Below are positions 9,438 through 18,828 of a stretch of DNA of 26,211 bases, one piece after another. Below the pieces are notes generated by a model, which saw nothing but the letters and a program-made list of their open reading frames with translations, did no database searches and was not told the DNA's origin. The DNA is taken from positions 1 to 26,211 of IMG/VR virus record IMGVR_UViG_3300005512_000287, one strand, 5' to 3'. A program made the translations under genes and the position numbers. This DNA comes from a virus. Taxonomy: Duplodnaviria; Caudoviricetes. Numbering within the stretch: the stretch's first letter is position 1; each line of letters begins with the position of its first letter.

Positions 9438-11833
9438 CAGATACCAGCCCTTCTCTCGCGCACGGGTACCAGGATTGCCCTGACCTCTCTGACTTCATCA
9501 ATCTGCGTGAAGTTGTGCCCAGGTTTAGATACCTCTAATGTAACATTAGAAAACTCTCGTGATACTCGTTTCCCTTTAGATGGTGAGTCATCTGAATCGA
9601 AAACCTCAGTGATCCCAAGTGTTAAACCTTCAGAATCATACACCTTGACAGTATAATCAAGATCCTCAGCAGTATAATCAAGGAACAATTTCTTCATCTT
9701 CCAGATATACCTCTCATCGAGAGTGATGACATTGCTTTTCGCAACCGCTGTCGCAGTGGTTGACACGCCATCGTCATCTAACTGGTATGCGTTATCTGAA
9801 TCTGCCCAATAAACATATCCATCCGGGTCATTAAAAACATCAACTGAGTCTGACCCAAGCGTCGTATTCTTTGTCCAGGCTTTCTCTCTAAGGTTGAAAA
9901 TGTAAATATCATCAGTATCGCTAAACAATATTTGATACTGATTACGCTTGGGATAGTAAGCAGCACGAGAATCCTGGCGAACAGCTAAAGATATATCCTG
10001 GTAATCACCACGCCATGAGTCAGCGATGGGAATAGTATTGATACCATCAGTATAATAAATATTGTCAACACCGGCGAATATCACACCATTGGGGACCCTA
10101 ACGACACTACGCCTTGATACCGCACCAACATCCTCGTTTGACATGGCAATGGTCCAGGTGTCCATGCGCCCACCACCAAAGTCAATATAGTGTACAGAAT
10201 TCTCCTTGATGGCAACCAAACCGCCATTAAGTTCCTCAAGTCCCATCACCTTATCAGCTTGCTTTGTGCGGATATCTATATGCTCAGATAACCCAAGACC
10301 AAAAACATCATTATTAAATGTACCGTTGGCATGTGGCTGTGCTGCAGCAATACGGAAAACATATTGCTCAAAGTCTTCGGGGTTCGGCTGTCTCATGTCA
10401 CCAACAATCCTGCGCCCACGGACCATCGTCTGTACAGAACAGAAGCCCATCACATTGGTAGGTCTATCCTCTTCGATATATGGGTAACTACCAAATCCAG
10501 TGCGATCAGCATATTCGCCAGCCCTTGCAGACCACATCGTCCCAGTGATTGTTCTCGTACCAGTTGGCGATATGGTACCAGTTGAACTGTCGGCCGACAG
10601 TTTTAAAGTGTCTACCAAGTAGTAATTAACTTGGTCATTACTAAGATACACCATCAAATCTGTGATGCGTTGTGACATAAACATAGGATTGCCAACGGTC
10701 TCAGAGCCGTCCCTGAAAATCATTGGCGGAGATGTCCCGATGGAGGGGAACTCAGCGTACAGATACTGCAACGGCTCATAAGACAGTGCCTTACCAGATG
10801 TAACCGTAACATCGAGAATTGATGAATCGTAATCCATCAACGGGCCTTCCTGATTCCCATCATACATGTATGACATGCGAATTGTGTAATCATCAGGTGG
10901 AAGAGGGTCCGTTGATGCAGGGAGACCTAAATTGCTATCCAAAGCGATGGGACTCATCCTCTGCATCTCTTGATTCTCGCAGACCCAACCACCACGACAG
11001 AAACCGTTGGGCGTAGACGCATCAGTATTCTGGTTGCCATCCAACAAATATCTATCTATGTATCCGAACCAAATTCCACGCGCAGTGTTCGCGTCAGACC
11101 CAAAGTTTATCCTTAAAGCCTCATTATCCAAAGTAAATGAGACATCATCATAATCAGATACAGATAAGTCATAATCAGTCGCAGAATACGAAGATGGGTC
11201 ATAATATCCAATCAGGGGGTGTCTTTGGATCAGTATCGTATCGCCAGTTGTCCCAGATAGGCTGTCAGCAGTTGTTAAATCGGTAACACCGCCACCATCG
11301 TCAGTCGATGCAGTGACAATCGAACTGGTGCCCCTGGTTAAATTTATAATGAGCCATCCAAGAGCAGCATCATCCTGAAGTGTGAAGCCAGGGATAGTAA
11401 CGAGCGTAGTTGTACCAGAAGTCCCTGCTACAGCCGTAAGTTCATAATATTCAGTCAAATCTCGCCAACCATTAGAATCTGGGTACACAGCAAAAAGCGT
11501 CGTGTTTACAGCATACACCTTAACTATGCCACTCAGTTCGCCTATGACAATAGTAATATCCTGTGCGGAAGGTTTTGTCACCTTATACTTAAAAACTCGT
11601 TTGATCGCCAGCCCAGTAGGTACGTTGCTAAGTGCAGAGGAATATCCGTTGATGTCAACGAGCTTTCCCTTCCTCGAAATATCAAAATTATTCAGAATAG
11701 AACAGGTATTGTTAGCTATATCACGAGGATCGTCCTCTGTGTTCAATCCACCGGACCAATCGCGCCACCTTAGCGTAACCGGCTCAGGCAACGATGGTTG
11801 CTGAATGGAGGGGACGTTTTCTATCTTACGCAT
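9437..11833 (-). CDS. Tail nozzle / tubular protein B (P22 gp10 / T7 gp12-like)
   Basis: About 800 aa, N-terminal WSGGLNT motif, beta-propeller-like C-terminal half (LVAIKENSVHYI, VGAVSRRSVV, VIFAGVDNIYYTDG). Follows the adaptor genes. ATG at 11833 preferred to TTG at 11836. Confidence 0.75.
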   Translation of the reverse strand: MRKIENVPSIQQPSLPEPVTLRWRDWSGGLNTEDDPRDIANNTCSILNNFDISRKGKLVDINGYSSALSNVPTGLAIKRVFKYKVTKPSAQDITIVIGELSGIVKVYAVNTTLFAVYPDSNGWRDLTEYYELTAVAGTSGTTTLVTIPGFTLQDDAALGWLIINLTRGTSSIVTASTDDGGGVTDLTTADSLSGTTGDTILIQRHPLIGYYDPSSYSATDYDLSVSDYDDVSFTLDNEALRINFGSDANTARGIWFGYIDRYLLDGNQNTDASTPNGFCRGGWVCENQEMQRMSPIALDSNLGLPASTDPLPPDDYTIRMSYMYDGNQEGPLMDYDSSILDVTVTSGKALSYEPLQYLYAEFPSIGTSPPMIFRDGSETVGNPMFMSQRITDLMVYLSNDQVNYYLVDTLKLSADSSTGTISPTGTRTITGTMWSARAGEYADRTGFGSYPYIEEDRPTNVMGFCSVQTMVRGRRIVGDMRQPNPEDFEQYVFRIAAAQPHANGTFNNDVFGLGLSEHIDIRTKQADKVMGLEELNGGLVAIKENSVHYIDFGGGRMDTWTIAMSNEDVGAVSRRSVVRVPNGVIFAGVDNIYYTDGINTIPIADSWRGDYQDISLAVRQDSRAAYYPKRNQYQILFSDTDDIYIFNLREKAWTKNTTLGSDSVDVFNDPDGYVYWADSDNAYQLDDDGVSTTATAVAKSNVITLDERYIWKMKKLFLDYTAEDLDYTVKVYDSEGLTLGITEVFDSDDSPSKGKRVSREFSNVTLEVSKPGHNFTQIDEVREVRAILVPVRERRAGI

Positions 11834-12647
11834 CAAGAATGTCCTTGCTTGTCACAACAACTGGAAACGACTCAGTGTTTCTCGTGCTCATGTCATTTGC
11901 AATCTCACCCATGTACATATTGAACATAGAGAGATAATGCATCTTCAGGTCAATCTGGTTCATCTGCTCGGCCACCCTGTATGATGCCCCCATTACAATA
12001 GCATCATGATAAAGCTCAGGGATGTCAGGTGTTGCGGTGTCACTGCTCAATGTAGCCGGTATAGCCCTGTATGTGAACTTTCCTGCGTAACCATCACCAG
12101 GAATAGGATAAAGCCCATACGTCCCAGCCTCGCGGTCAATATAATAGTAATACGGCGTACCACGGTCTGGATCGGTTGTGTAAAGCCTGTCGATCTCCTC
12201 CTCAATCTTATACTCAAGGAATATGGATCCTATCTTCATGGCTGAGGATTTATGGAAATCAGACGGGAGAGCGTACTCATGCTGTGACCAATACCCGGAA
12301 CTACCAGTTGCCACGAACGTATCGACTATCGAAAAATTACTTTCATCTGCCACAGTAACAGCATATACCCCATCATAGCTCGTACCAGTTAGCGTTACCA
12401 AGTCCCCAGTAGATAATGTGTTTGCCGCAACAGTATTAATATTAACTGTCCCAGCACCACCATTCGTGATCGCAGCTATGACCCCAGCTTTCGTCAATAC
12501 TGACGCACTTTTTTTCAAGCATAATGTCTGCCTGACAATTTCCTTCTGAGCCAAATTGATAAAAAAGTTGATAGACTCATCAGGCATGTTCATCGAATCT
12601 GCCTTGGTATTCCTCTTTACAAGGCTACGGATCTGTTTGAGGTTCAT
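11826..12647 (-). CDS. Head-tail adaptor / ring protein 3, with an inserted beta domain
   Basis: MNLKQIRSLVKR...FINLAQKEI, YALPSDF, GTPYYY, LYPIP and DIPELYHDAIV motifs of podovirus adaptor proteins. Confidence 0.75.
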   Translation of the reverse strand: MNLKQIRSLVKRNTKADSMNMPDESINFFINLAQKEIVRQTLCLKKSASVLTKAGVIAAITNGGAGTVNINTVAANTLSTGDLVTLTGTSYDGVYAVTVADESNFSIVDTFVATGSSGYWSQHEYALPSDFHKSSAMKIGSIFLEYKIEEEIDRLYTTDPDRGTPYYYYIDREAGTYGLYPIPGDGYAGKFTYRAIPATLSSDTATPDIPELYHDAIVMGASYRVAEQMNQIDLKMHYLSMFNMYMGEIANDMSTRNTESFPVVVTSKDILDA

Positions 12648-13276
12648 TGATCATTCCCCCTTTCGCCAGCCCGTTCAGCCTGATACTCATTCCCATAAGC
12701 CTGCTGAATGTCGCGCCACTTCAATGCAAGTTCTTCTTCTTTCGGCCCAATAGGCATCCCTAACCGCTGCATAGCTTTCTTCTCTGCAAAAGATACCACC
12801 ATGTCCTGGAACTCATCAGGCACGTCCATGTTAAGTGAACTAGACATGGAAACCGGCTTCCTGTAATAATACAATTTTAATGTGCCAACTGTCGGGGCAT
12901 CAGGCCCTGCATACACATCGAGCACCTGACCAAAGTGACTTACTGCCCTAACAGAATCATACGCGCTGTTTTTCTTGATCTCCTCAAAATCTTTTTCACC
13001 GAAGAAAGGCACCACCCCGTTGGTACCATCGATCAATTTAATGATCCGCATAATGCTGTAGGAAGATATATCTATCTCACCACTTGAGATAGTGACGGTC
13101 TGCTTATCGCCATACCAGATGTTATTGATGCCTGACAATTTAAGCGCAGTATCATATTGGCCCAGGTTCAAGAACCTATCAAGCTCATTGTCAAGTATTT
13201 CAGTCCTATTTGCCTCGGGAAGCCGTGCCCTTAGGTCGTTTCTCAACGTCGCTAGTGTAACACTACTAAGTGCCAT
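12644..13276 (-). CDS. Head-tail adaptor / ring protein 2
   Basis: TLATLRNDLRARL...ELDRFLNLGQ, LYYYRKP and DVPDEFQDMVVSFA; paralogous to both neighbours. Confidence 0.7.
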   Translation of the reverse strand: MALSSVTLATLRNDLRARLPEANRTEILDNELDRFLNLGQYDTALKLSGINNIWYGDKQTVTISSGEIDISSYSIMRIIKLIDGTNGVVPFFGEKDFEEIKKNSAYDSVRAVSHFGQVLDVYAGPDAPTVGTLKLYYYRKPVSMSSSLNMDVPDEFQDMVVSFAEKKAMQRLGMPIGPKEEELALKWRDIQQAYGNEYQAERAGERGNDQ

Positions 13277-13890
13277 TATCTACCTCGATTCAAATGATTG
13301 ATGCCATACGTCTGCTGCTGGACCATTGCGATGGTCTGATAAAACTCATTCTTCTCAGCAATAGCAAGCTGGGCACTCTCGCGCTCAATAGCCAGTGCAT
13401 ACGCCCACGATATCACCAAGTCAATATGGCGATCAGGAACAATCTTGGCGCCCTCGGTAGCTGTTGGGACATACCTGAATTTAACTGTCTGAGTTACATC
13501 GGCATCAATATCAGGGGTAAAATAAAACTTACCATCCTCAAACCACCCCACAGGGTTTGTTTCGCTTGCCGCATACTCTGAATCACGACCAGGCTCAATC
13601 ACCCTGACACGTTTGTAATTTGTCGCATTCGATGGGGTAAGCTCAATGTTTACGATCTGCTGCATTGGTGCTGTACCAGGAAGAGCTACATACCCATGCG
13701 TTTTGTCAGCCTCAGTCTCTTCCTCCACTTCCTGAATATCCCAAAAGGCATCAGCGGGCAGTAACGACAAGACCTTTAATTCTGCGAGGTATGTGTAATC
13801 CTCTAGCTCCGCATTAGTCCATGCATCAGCAGTAGGCTCGGATAACCTCGACCTTAGTATTGTTTGAGTGTCTGCAAATGTTAATGCCAT
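13276..13890 (-). CDS. Head-tail adaptor / ring protein 1
   Basis: TFADTQTILRSRL...WTNAELEDY, YFTP, FRYVPT and IVPDRHIDLVISWA; directly after the capsid gene. Confidence 0.7.
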   Translation of the reverse strand: MALTFADTQTILRSRLSEPTADAWTNAELEDYTYLAELKVLSLLPADAFWDIQEVEEETEADKTHGYVALPGTAPMQQIVNIELTPSNATNYKRVRVIEPGRDSEYAASETNPVGWFEDGKFYFTPDIDADVTQTVKFRYVPTATEGAKIVPDRHIDLVISWAYALAIERESAQLAIAEKNEFYQTIAMVQQQTYGINHLNRGR

Positions 13891-13910
13891 AGATGCCTCT
13901 TAGGTTATTC

Positions 13911-13934
13911 ATGGGGCGGTATTACCCGCCCCAT
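13911..13934 (-). terminator. Stem-loop after the major capsid gene (leaky terminator or mRNA-stabilising hairpin)
   Basis: ATGGGGCGG-TATTAC-CCGCCCCAT, a 9-bp perfect stem with no U-tract on the coding strand. Confidence 0.55.
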
Positions 13935-13951
13935 AATGATCACGCTATAAT

Positions 13952-14947
13952 TTACAGGTCAGTACAGGCCGTGTAAATAGCGATATGAGCAAAATCAAGA
14001 GAGTTGAACACAGTCTTGATGTTTCCACCGGTAGCAGATGAATCGTAACGATTGCACATGAAACCAGCAGAGATACCGAGCTCATTACCATAGTCAAAAG
14101 TCTTCTCACGCCAGATGGTCTGACGGTTTTGAGCTTTTACCATAGCCTGCGCACCGAGCAATGAAGCCATTGCACCGTGGACAGTTGCGCCACCACCATC
14201 GTCAAAGGTAGTCACATCTTCATGCTCGTACACAATAACGCCATCAAAGACACCAATGGAATCGGTGAAGATGGGATTGGTGGATCCGCGAGGACCAGCT
14301 TCGCGCTGTGCCTGGAGCCATTCAGCATTGCGCTTCAGATCATAAGCCTGTTCAGGGGAGATGATCATGAAGTAATAACTCTTGCCCTCAATACGAACAG
14401 GACGGATACGCTGGTGGCCACCGGTAGGCAGTTTACAGCGGGCCTTGGCCTGAGAGATCAGAGCAGGGGTGAGAAGGTCAGTAGCAGCAAGAGATGCCTT
14501 CGCAGTGCCAACCACGTTTGTGGGAGAGATGGCCAGGGCGTCGAAAAAATATTTATCCATTTTCTCGGCCAACCAGACCTTCAGAGCATCCATAGCTTCC
14601 TGACGGAAACTGTACAGATACTTGCTCTCGAACTCCATACCTTCAGAGCGCACAGCATTGCGGAGCTGAGACACGCTGACAGAGTAGTTCTTCACAGGCA
14701 TATTCTCTTCGTTACCCTCGAGAGTATCATCATTCTCGACACCATCACCAGACAGCCGGTAGCGAAGACCAAAATGGATGGTATCACCCTTTTTGGCATT
14801 CAGTTCATTTTTGACCTGGATGACGTTGTTTGAGCCGGTGCCCATAAACTTCGCCCAGAACAGGTCCTTGTTTGTTTCGTGAAATAGTTCTTTACTCCAC
14901 GCTTCAACTTGAAGGCCATCAGACCAACTATTTACACCAGTAAGCAT
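13952..14947 (-). CDS. Major capsid protein, N4-gp56 / DUF4043-like (HK97 fold)
   Basis: KGDTIHFGL, DTLEGNEE, QLRNAV, LKVWLAE, NPIFTDSIGVFDGVIVYE, LLGAQA and FDYGNE motifs; SD AAGGAGG. Confidence 0.9.
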   Translation of the reverse strand: MLTGVNSWSDGLQVEAWSKELFHETNKDLFWAKFMGTGSNNVIQVKNELNAKKGDTIHFGLRYRLSGDGVENDDTLEGNEENMPVKNYSVSVSQLRNAVRSEGMEFESKYLYSFRQEAMDALKVWLAEKMDKYFFDALAISPTNVVGTAKASLAATDLLTPALISQAKARCKLPTGGHQRIRPVRIEGKSYYFMIISPEQAYDLKRNAEWLQAQREAGPRGSTNPIFTDSIGVFDGVIVYEHEDVTTFDDGGGATVHGAMASLLGAQAMVKAQNRQTIWREKTFDYGNELGISAGFMCNRYDSSATGGNIKTVFNSLDFAHIAIYTACTDL

Positions 14948-14960
14948 AGTCTAATCCTCC

Positions 14961-15386
14961 TTACTGAATTTTCGTGTACCGTGCAAAGATATAAATCTTG
15001 GCAAGGTCAGCAGCGTTGTTAAAAAGAACATCAACTGTATCTGCGGATGCAAGATATTTACCACCATCCTGAGCGTTCTGAGTAGATTGATACTCTTGAC
15101 TCGAATAGCTGGCATTGGCGGAATTCATATCCACACCATCCAGGAATGCATCAACATCCCCACCGGTGAACCCAACATCAACTGTCAATGTTGCGCCCTC
15201 GGCTGTCAGACACACAGCCCCGATCTCGTGGACAAGGGTGCCAGCGGGTAGACTGAAAGCCTGCCACACAGCACCGGAACTGATATTGTCAACAGCAGTG
15301 TCAAGCACCGCACCAATATAGCCACCAGCGGCTATCTGAAGCCCCCCCTGAGTTACCAGAGAAGCATCATAGGTTTTTCCGGCCAT
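14961..15386 (-). CDS. Putative capsid decoration / cement protein
   Basis: 141 aa, acidic and beta-rich, with LPAGTLV...ATLTVDVG...DAFLDGVD...YLASADTVDV. Strong SD AAGGAGGT; adjacent to the capsid gene. Confidence 0.6.
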   Translation of the reverse strand: MAGKTYDASLVTQGGLQIAAGGYIGAVLDTAVDNISSGAVWQAFSLPAGTLVHEIGAVCLTAEGATLTVDVGFTGGDVDAFLDGVDMNSANASYSSQEYQSTQNAQDGGKYLASADTVDVLFNNAADLAKIYIFARYTKIQ

Positions 15387-15406
15387 TACGACCTCCTTAT
15401 TTCATT

Positions 15407-16153
15407 TTAAGCATCAGCCCTCAAGAGCCGGTCACGCTCAGCCTTTGGCATATTGTCCCATGCCTCCTGACTGATCTCTGACACACTGACCTCACGATCT
15501 CCACCGGTACCTGAATCGGTAAGGGTGTTGGGAAGGTCTTTTACCTTCTTCCCGAGGTCACTCTTCTCTTTGGGGGTTGAATGCTGCTTTTTCGCATTCA
15601 TAACGATATACGCATCCTCAAGATTCGATATGCCGTTGTCCCTGGCGTATTCTGCGACTGCAAAAGTATCACGCTCACTCAAATCGCTATGCGACTCAAT
15701 GAATCCAGCGATCATCTCCAGACGTTTTTCCTCGCTTGCCTTTTCATTGGCAATACGCTCGTCCTCAGCTTTTTGCTTCGCTAACGCCTCACGCGCCCAC
15801 TTCTCATTGAAGTATTTGACATTATCAGGATCATACGGGTCATACTCGGAATAAGGTTCATCTTCAGGCTTTTCCACCTTAGGCGGAGCCTCGACCTTCT
15901 TCCTGAGTTCACCGAGCTCAGTGCCCTGTTTCCCAATCGTCGCTTGCGCGTTTTTATAGCTTTCGACCATCGCTTCCAAACTCTTGAACCCTAATTGCGC
16001 CCATGCGGGTTCTGGTTCATCTGCGTTATCCGGCTCCTGCTTATCCTCGTCCTCCTTGTCAGGTGTTTCCTGGGGTGGCTTCTGGACAGATTCCGCGATC
16101 TGCTGTTCAAGTTCCTCTTGGATCTTGTCGTTTTCTTCTGGCGTGATAGGCAT
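15407..16153 (-). CDS. Capsid scaffolding protein
   Basis: Acidic Pro-rich N-terminus, SYKNAQATIGKQGTELGELRK coiled-coil motif, C-terminal helix-turn-helix-like hook. Lies between portal and capsid genes. Confidence 0.8.
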   Translation of the reverse strand: MPITPEENDKIQEELEQQIAESVQKPPQETPDKEDEDKQEPDNADEPEPAWAQLGFKSLEAMVESYKNAQATIGKQGTELGELRKKVEAPPKVEKPEDEPYSEYDPYDPDNVKYFNEKWAREALAKQKAEDERIANEKASEEKRLEMIAGFIESHSDLSERDTFAVAEYARDNGISNLEDAYIVMNAKKQHSTPKEKSDLGKKVKDLPNTLTDSGTGGDREVSVSEISQEAWDNMPKAERDRLLRADA

Positions 16154-16250
16154 AGTAGGTTCCTCCTTAGGGGTTTGTCCTGGTTATCACATCAACCGCC
16201 AACCGTTGGCAGTATCAAAAGACTATAATTTTATCAAAAAACGATCTGCT

Positions 16251-16976
16251 TTATGCAGATAAATTTAAAGCCGCTGCAGCAGGATTTGCTGGCCAGGCAG
16301 CGCCCGATCCACCAACACCCAATACTGCAGCGTAATTAGTGTCACCAACAGTCGCATCAGCATCCAGTTTTGCCATCAGCGCGTCATAAGCAGCGCCCAT
16401 CGCTGTTCTGTCTGTTCTGAGCTCATTTGCTAATGTCTGCACTGCTGTCAAATATGTTACCAAGTCAGGCTGTGACACGCCCTGAGCACTCAGGGCAGCA
16501 TCAGTAACCGCTGCAGCAGACGGGACAGCAGGCCAGGCATCACCGGTACCGCCGACACCAAGAACAGCAGCGTAATCAGTATCAGTTAATCCGTCAGCAT
16601 CCAACTTTGCCATCAATGCATCCCAGGCTGTCCCAATCTGAGTCCTGTCTGTCCTGAGCTCATTCAATAACGTCTCAACAGTCGCCAAGTAGTCAGTCAT
16701 GTCCTCTTGGCTCATATCAATAGATGTAAACCCAGACACGACAAGGGCAGCAGCAGTGGGGTCGCCCGGCCAAGAATATGCCTCAGCACCAGGCTCAAAA
16801 AGATCCTCATAATCTATATCTGTAACACCAGAATCAAGATCGAGCTTCGCCCAAAGCGCAGTAGCCCCAGTCAACATAGTTGCCCGATCAGTTCTTAATT
16901 CATTTGCTAATGTGGCAACAGCTCTCAAGAAAGTGTCCAAGTCAGGCTGTCCCATTCCCTGTGAAGTAATAGGCAT
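16251..16976 (-). CDS. Hypothetical virion protein built from three ~80-aa repeats
   Basis: NELRTDR and AKLD.D...D..Y each occur three times; SD AAGGAG. Confidence 0.7.
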   Translation of the reverse strand: MPITSQGMGQPDLDTFLRAVATLANELRTDRATMLTGATALWAKLDLDSGVTDIDYEDLFEPGAEAYSWPGDPTAAALVVSGFTSIDMSQEDMTDYLATVETLLNELRTDRTQIGTAWDALMAKLDADGLTDTDYAAVLGVGGTGDAWPAVPSAAAVTDAALSAQGVSQPDLVTYLTAVQTLANELRTDRTAMGAAYDALMAKLDADATVGDTNYAAVLGVGGSGAAWPANPAAAALNLSA

Positions 16977-16986
16977 ATTAATCTCC

Positions 16987-18828
16987 TTACTCAGCTATCT
17001 GTTGCCGAGTGTTTTGTTTGCCGTTGGTAGCCTTTGGCGCAGTCGGACCAGCACCACTAGCAAGCTCCAAGGCTGTTTGTGTATTTAACTTCTGAGTCTG
17101 TATCCCTACAGCCTGCAGGATCTCATCTCTATCAGGATGGTTCGTCAACTTGATCGCATACGGCAATAATGCCATGCGATACTCAGGCGCCAACTGCATC
17201 AGCTCCATCGTCTTGAGGAATGTAGAGTTACGCTCCGTAACGCTATTCTCACCCTTGTCAAGTTTGATGTCATACTGCATCAGCGTATCACCAGATAACA
17301 TCGCATCTGCAATAGCTTGGGCCTTCTGTGGACCCATGTCACCGGTCATCGAGCCCAATATCCGTAAAAACTTTTTCCGGTCAAAATACTGACGCGCCAA
17401 CATGAATGCCATGCGCATCACTGTCAGTTTCGCCTTGTCATGATTGTCAAACAACTCCTGGACAGTCCTCGTACCCTGGCGAATACGTACCTGAGCAGCA
17501 AGGCCACTCTCCTTTGCGCCTGTCGGAATGCCAAGCATTGGATCGTTGAGCCCGGTGACTTCCTTGGCATCCTGCTCAGTTATCTCCTCAAGGCTGGCAA
17601 TCTGATTAAGTACCGGTAAATACCCATATCCACGCTCTTTAATGTCATCGATACGGTTCACGCCAACCCAGCGGTTCGCTCCACCCATACTGTTCAACTG
17701 ATTTACATCAGCAGCAGTCTTCTTAAAAAAACCACCGCCAATAGGCGCAGTCTTTAATATCTGAGATGTCATAGTATGACGACTATTCTTCTCATCCTGG
17801 AGGTCGATCAAATTCTTTATAATACCAAAACGGTGAATAACCTCGCCATCATCCTCGACATACGCATAGCTCGGCACAGCAGGGAACATATTGTGCGCAT
17901 ACGGAGACTTCTTATCCTCAAGCACCTCATGACCGCTAACTGTCAAAAGCCATATTTCATGATCACGTTTCACCACCATCTCATACCCGGCATTCGCATA
18001 TCTCTCAGCGACAGCCTCAGCCTTCTTGATAGGTAACGGGCTCTGGATTACCTGCCCAGTGTCACTATCAATAAAATATGCCACATCCTTGTATTTCTTG
18101 TACCACATCTCAATGACACGCACCCTGCCGTTCAACGTGTCTTTGTACATAGAAATATTGCGATCACCCTTGGCATTACGATAATAACTACCATCCTCAA
18201 CACCCATGCGGGGAAGATCACCGCGCTCACTCAAGTCAACATGCATCTTATCAGGGTTCAACTTATAAATAGATGCGACCTTATTAGGTGCCAAAAATTT
18301 CTGCCTTAGCATGAACTCAGCGTCTTCATTCGGGTCGATTGCAATACTCTCAGGATCCCATATCACAGCCCCAAGAGGTTCGCGGGTTATCTTAACGTCA
18401 ATAGAAAAATCTTTTGCCAACTTAGGCTCAACCCAATAATTCCCCAGTCCGTGGATAGCACCATCCTTAAACACACGACTGCTCGTGGAATCCCATGAGT
18501 TGTTATTCTTAATGTACTCCATTGTCAGGTCAATCCCTGTCGCTGCCAATACATCGCCATTCTCGATTGCATACGCCTTGGTACCAACGCGGGTCTCGCG
18601 CTCAATGCCTGTCAGCAGGTCAACCTTGGGTTTACACAGATTATCCTCGATCTTGGGCAACCGCGCCATCTTCAGATTTCGCTTCTGCTCCTGAGTGTAA
18701 GAGTCACCTACATAATACCTGACAGACTTACGTGCCTGATCGAACGTCTCTTTCCAAATATCATAGGCCGCCTCAAAAGTATCATAGACATAACCTATCT
18801 TGTCACTCTTTGTCTTCAAGTTTTTCAT
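16987..18828 (-). CDS. Portal protein (P22-like)
   Basis: Follows TerL with ATGA overlap (start revised to 18828). Motifs YYVGDSY, NLCKPKVDLLTG, VIWDP, FPAVP, GIIKNLIDLQDEKN, ESGLA and YDIKLD. Confidence 0.9.
   Translation of the reverse strand: MKNLKTKSDKIGYVYDTFEAAYDIWKETFDQARKSVRYYVGDSYTQEQKRNLKMARLPKIEDNLCKPKVDLLTGIERETRVGTKAYAIENGDVLAATGIDLTMEYIKNNNSWDSTSSRVFKDGAIHGLGNYWVEPKLAKDFSIDVKITREPLGAVIWDPESIAIDPNEDAEFMLRQKFLAPNKVASIYKLNPDKMHVDLSERGDLPRMGVEDGSYYRNAKGDRNISMYKDTLNGRVRVIEMWYKKYKDVAYFIDSDTGQVIQSPLPIKKAEAVAERYANAGYEMVVKRDHEIWLLTVSGHEVLEDKKSPYAHNMFPAVPSYAYVEDDGEVIHRFGIIKNLIDLQDEKNSRHTMTSQILKTAPIGGGFFKKTAADVNQLNSMGGANRWVGVNRIDDIKERGYGYLPVLNQIASLEEITEQDAKEVTGLNDPMLGIPTGAKESGLAAQVRIRQGTRTVQELFDNHDKAKLTVMRMAFMLARQYFDRKKFLRILGSMTGDMGPQKAQAIADAMLSGDTLMQYDIKLDKGENSVTERNSTFLKTMELMQLAPEYRMALLPYAIKLTNHPDRDEILQAVGIQTQKLNTQTALELASGAGPTAPKATNGKQNTRQQIAE

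Noticed and set aside
14177-14833. 218-aa plus-strand ORF and other plus-strand ORFs across the window
   Set aside because: Shadow frames antisense to well-supported structural genes.
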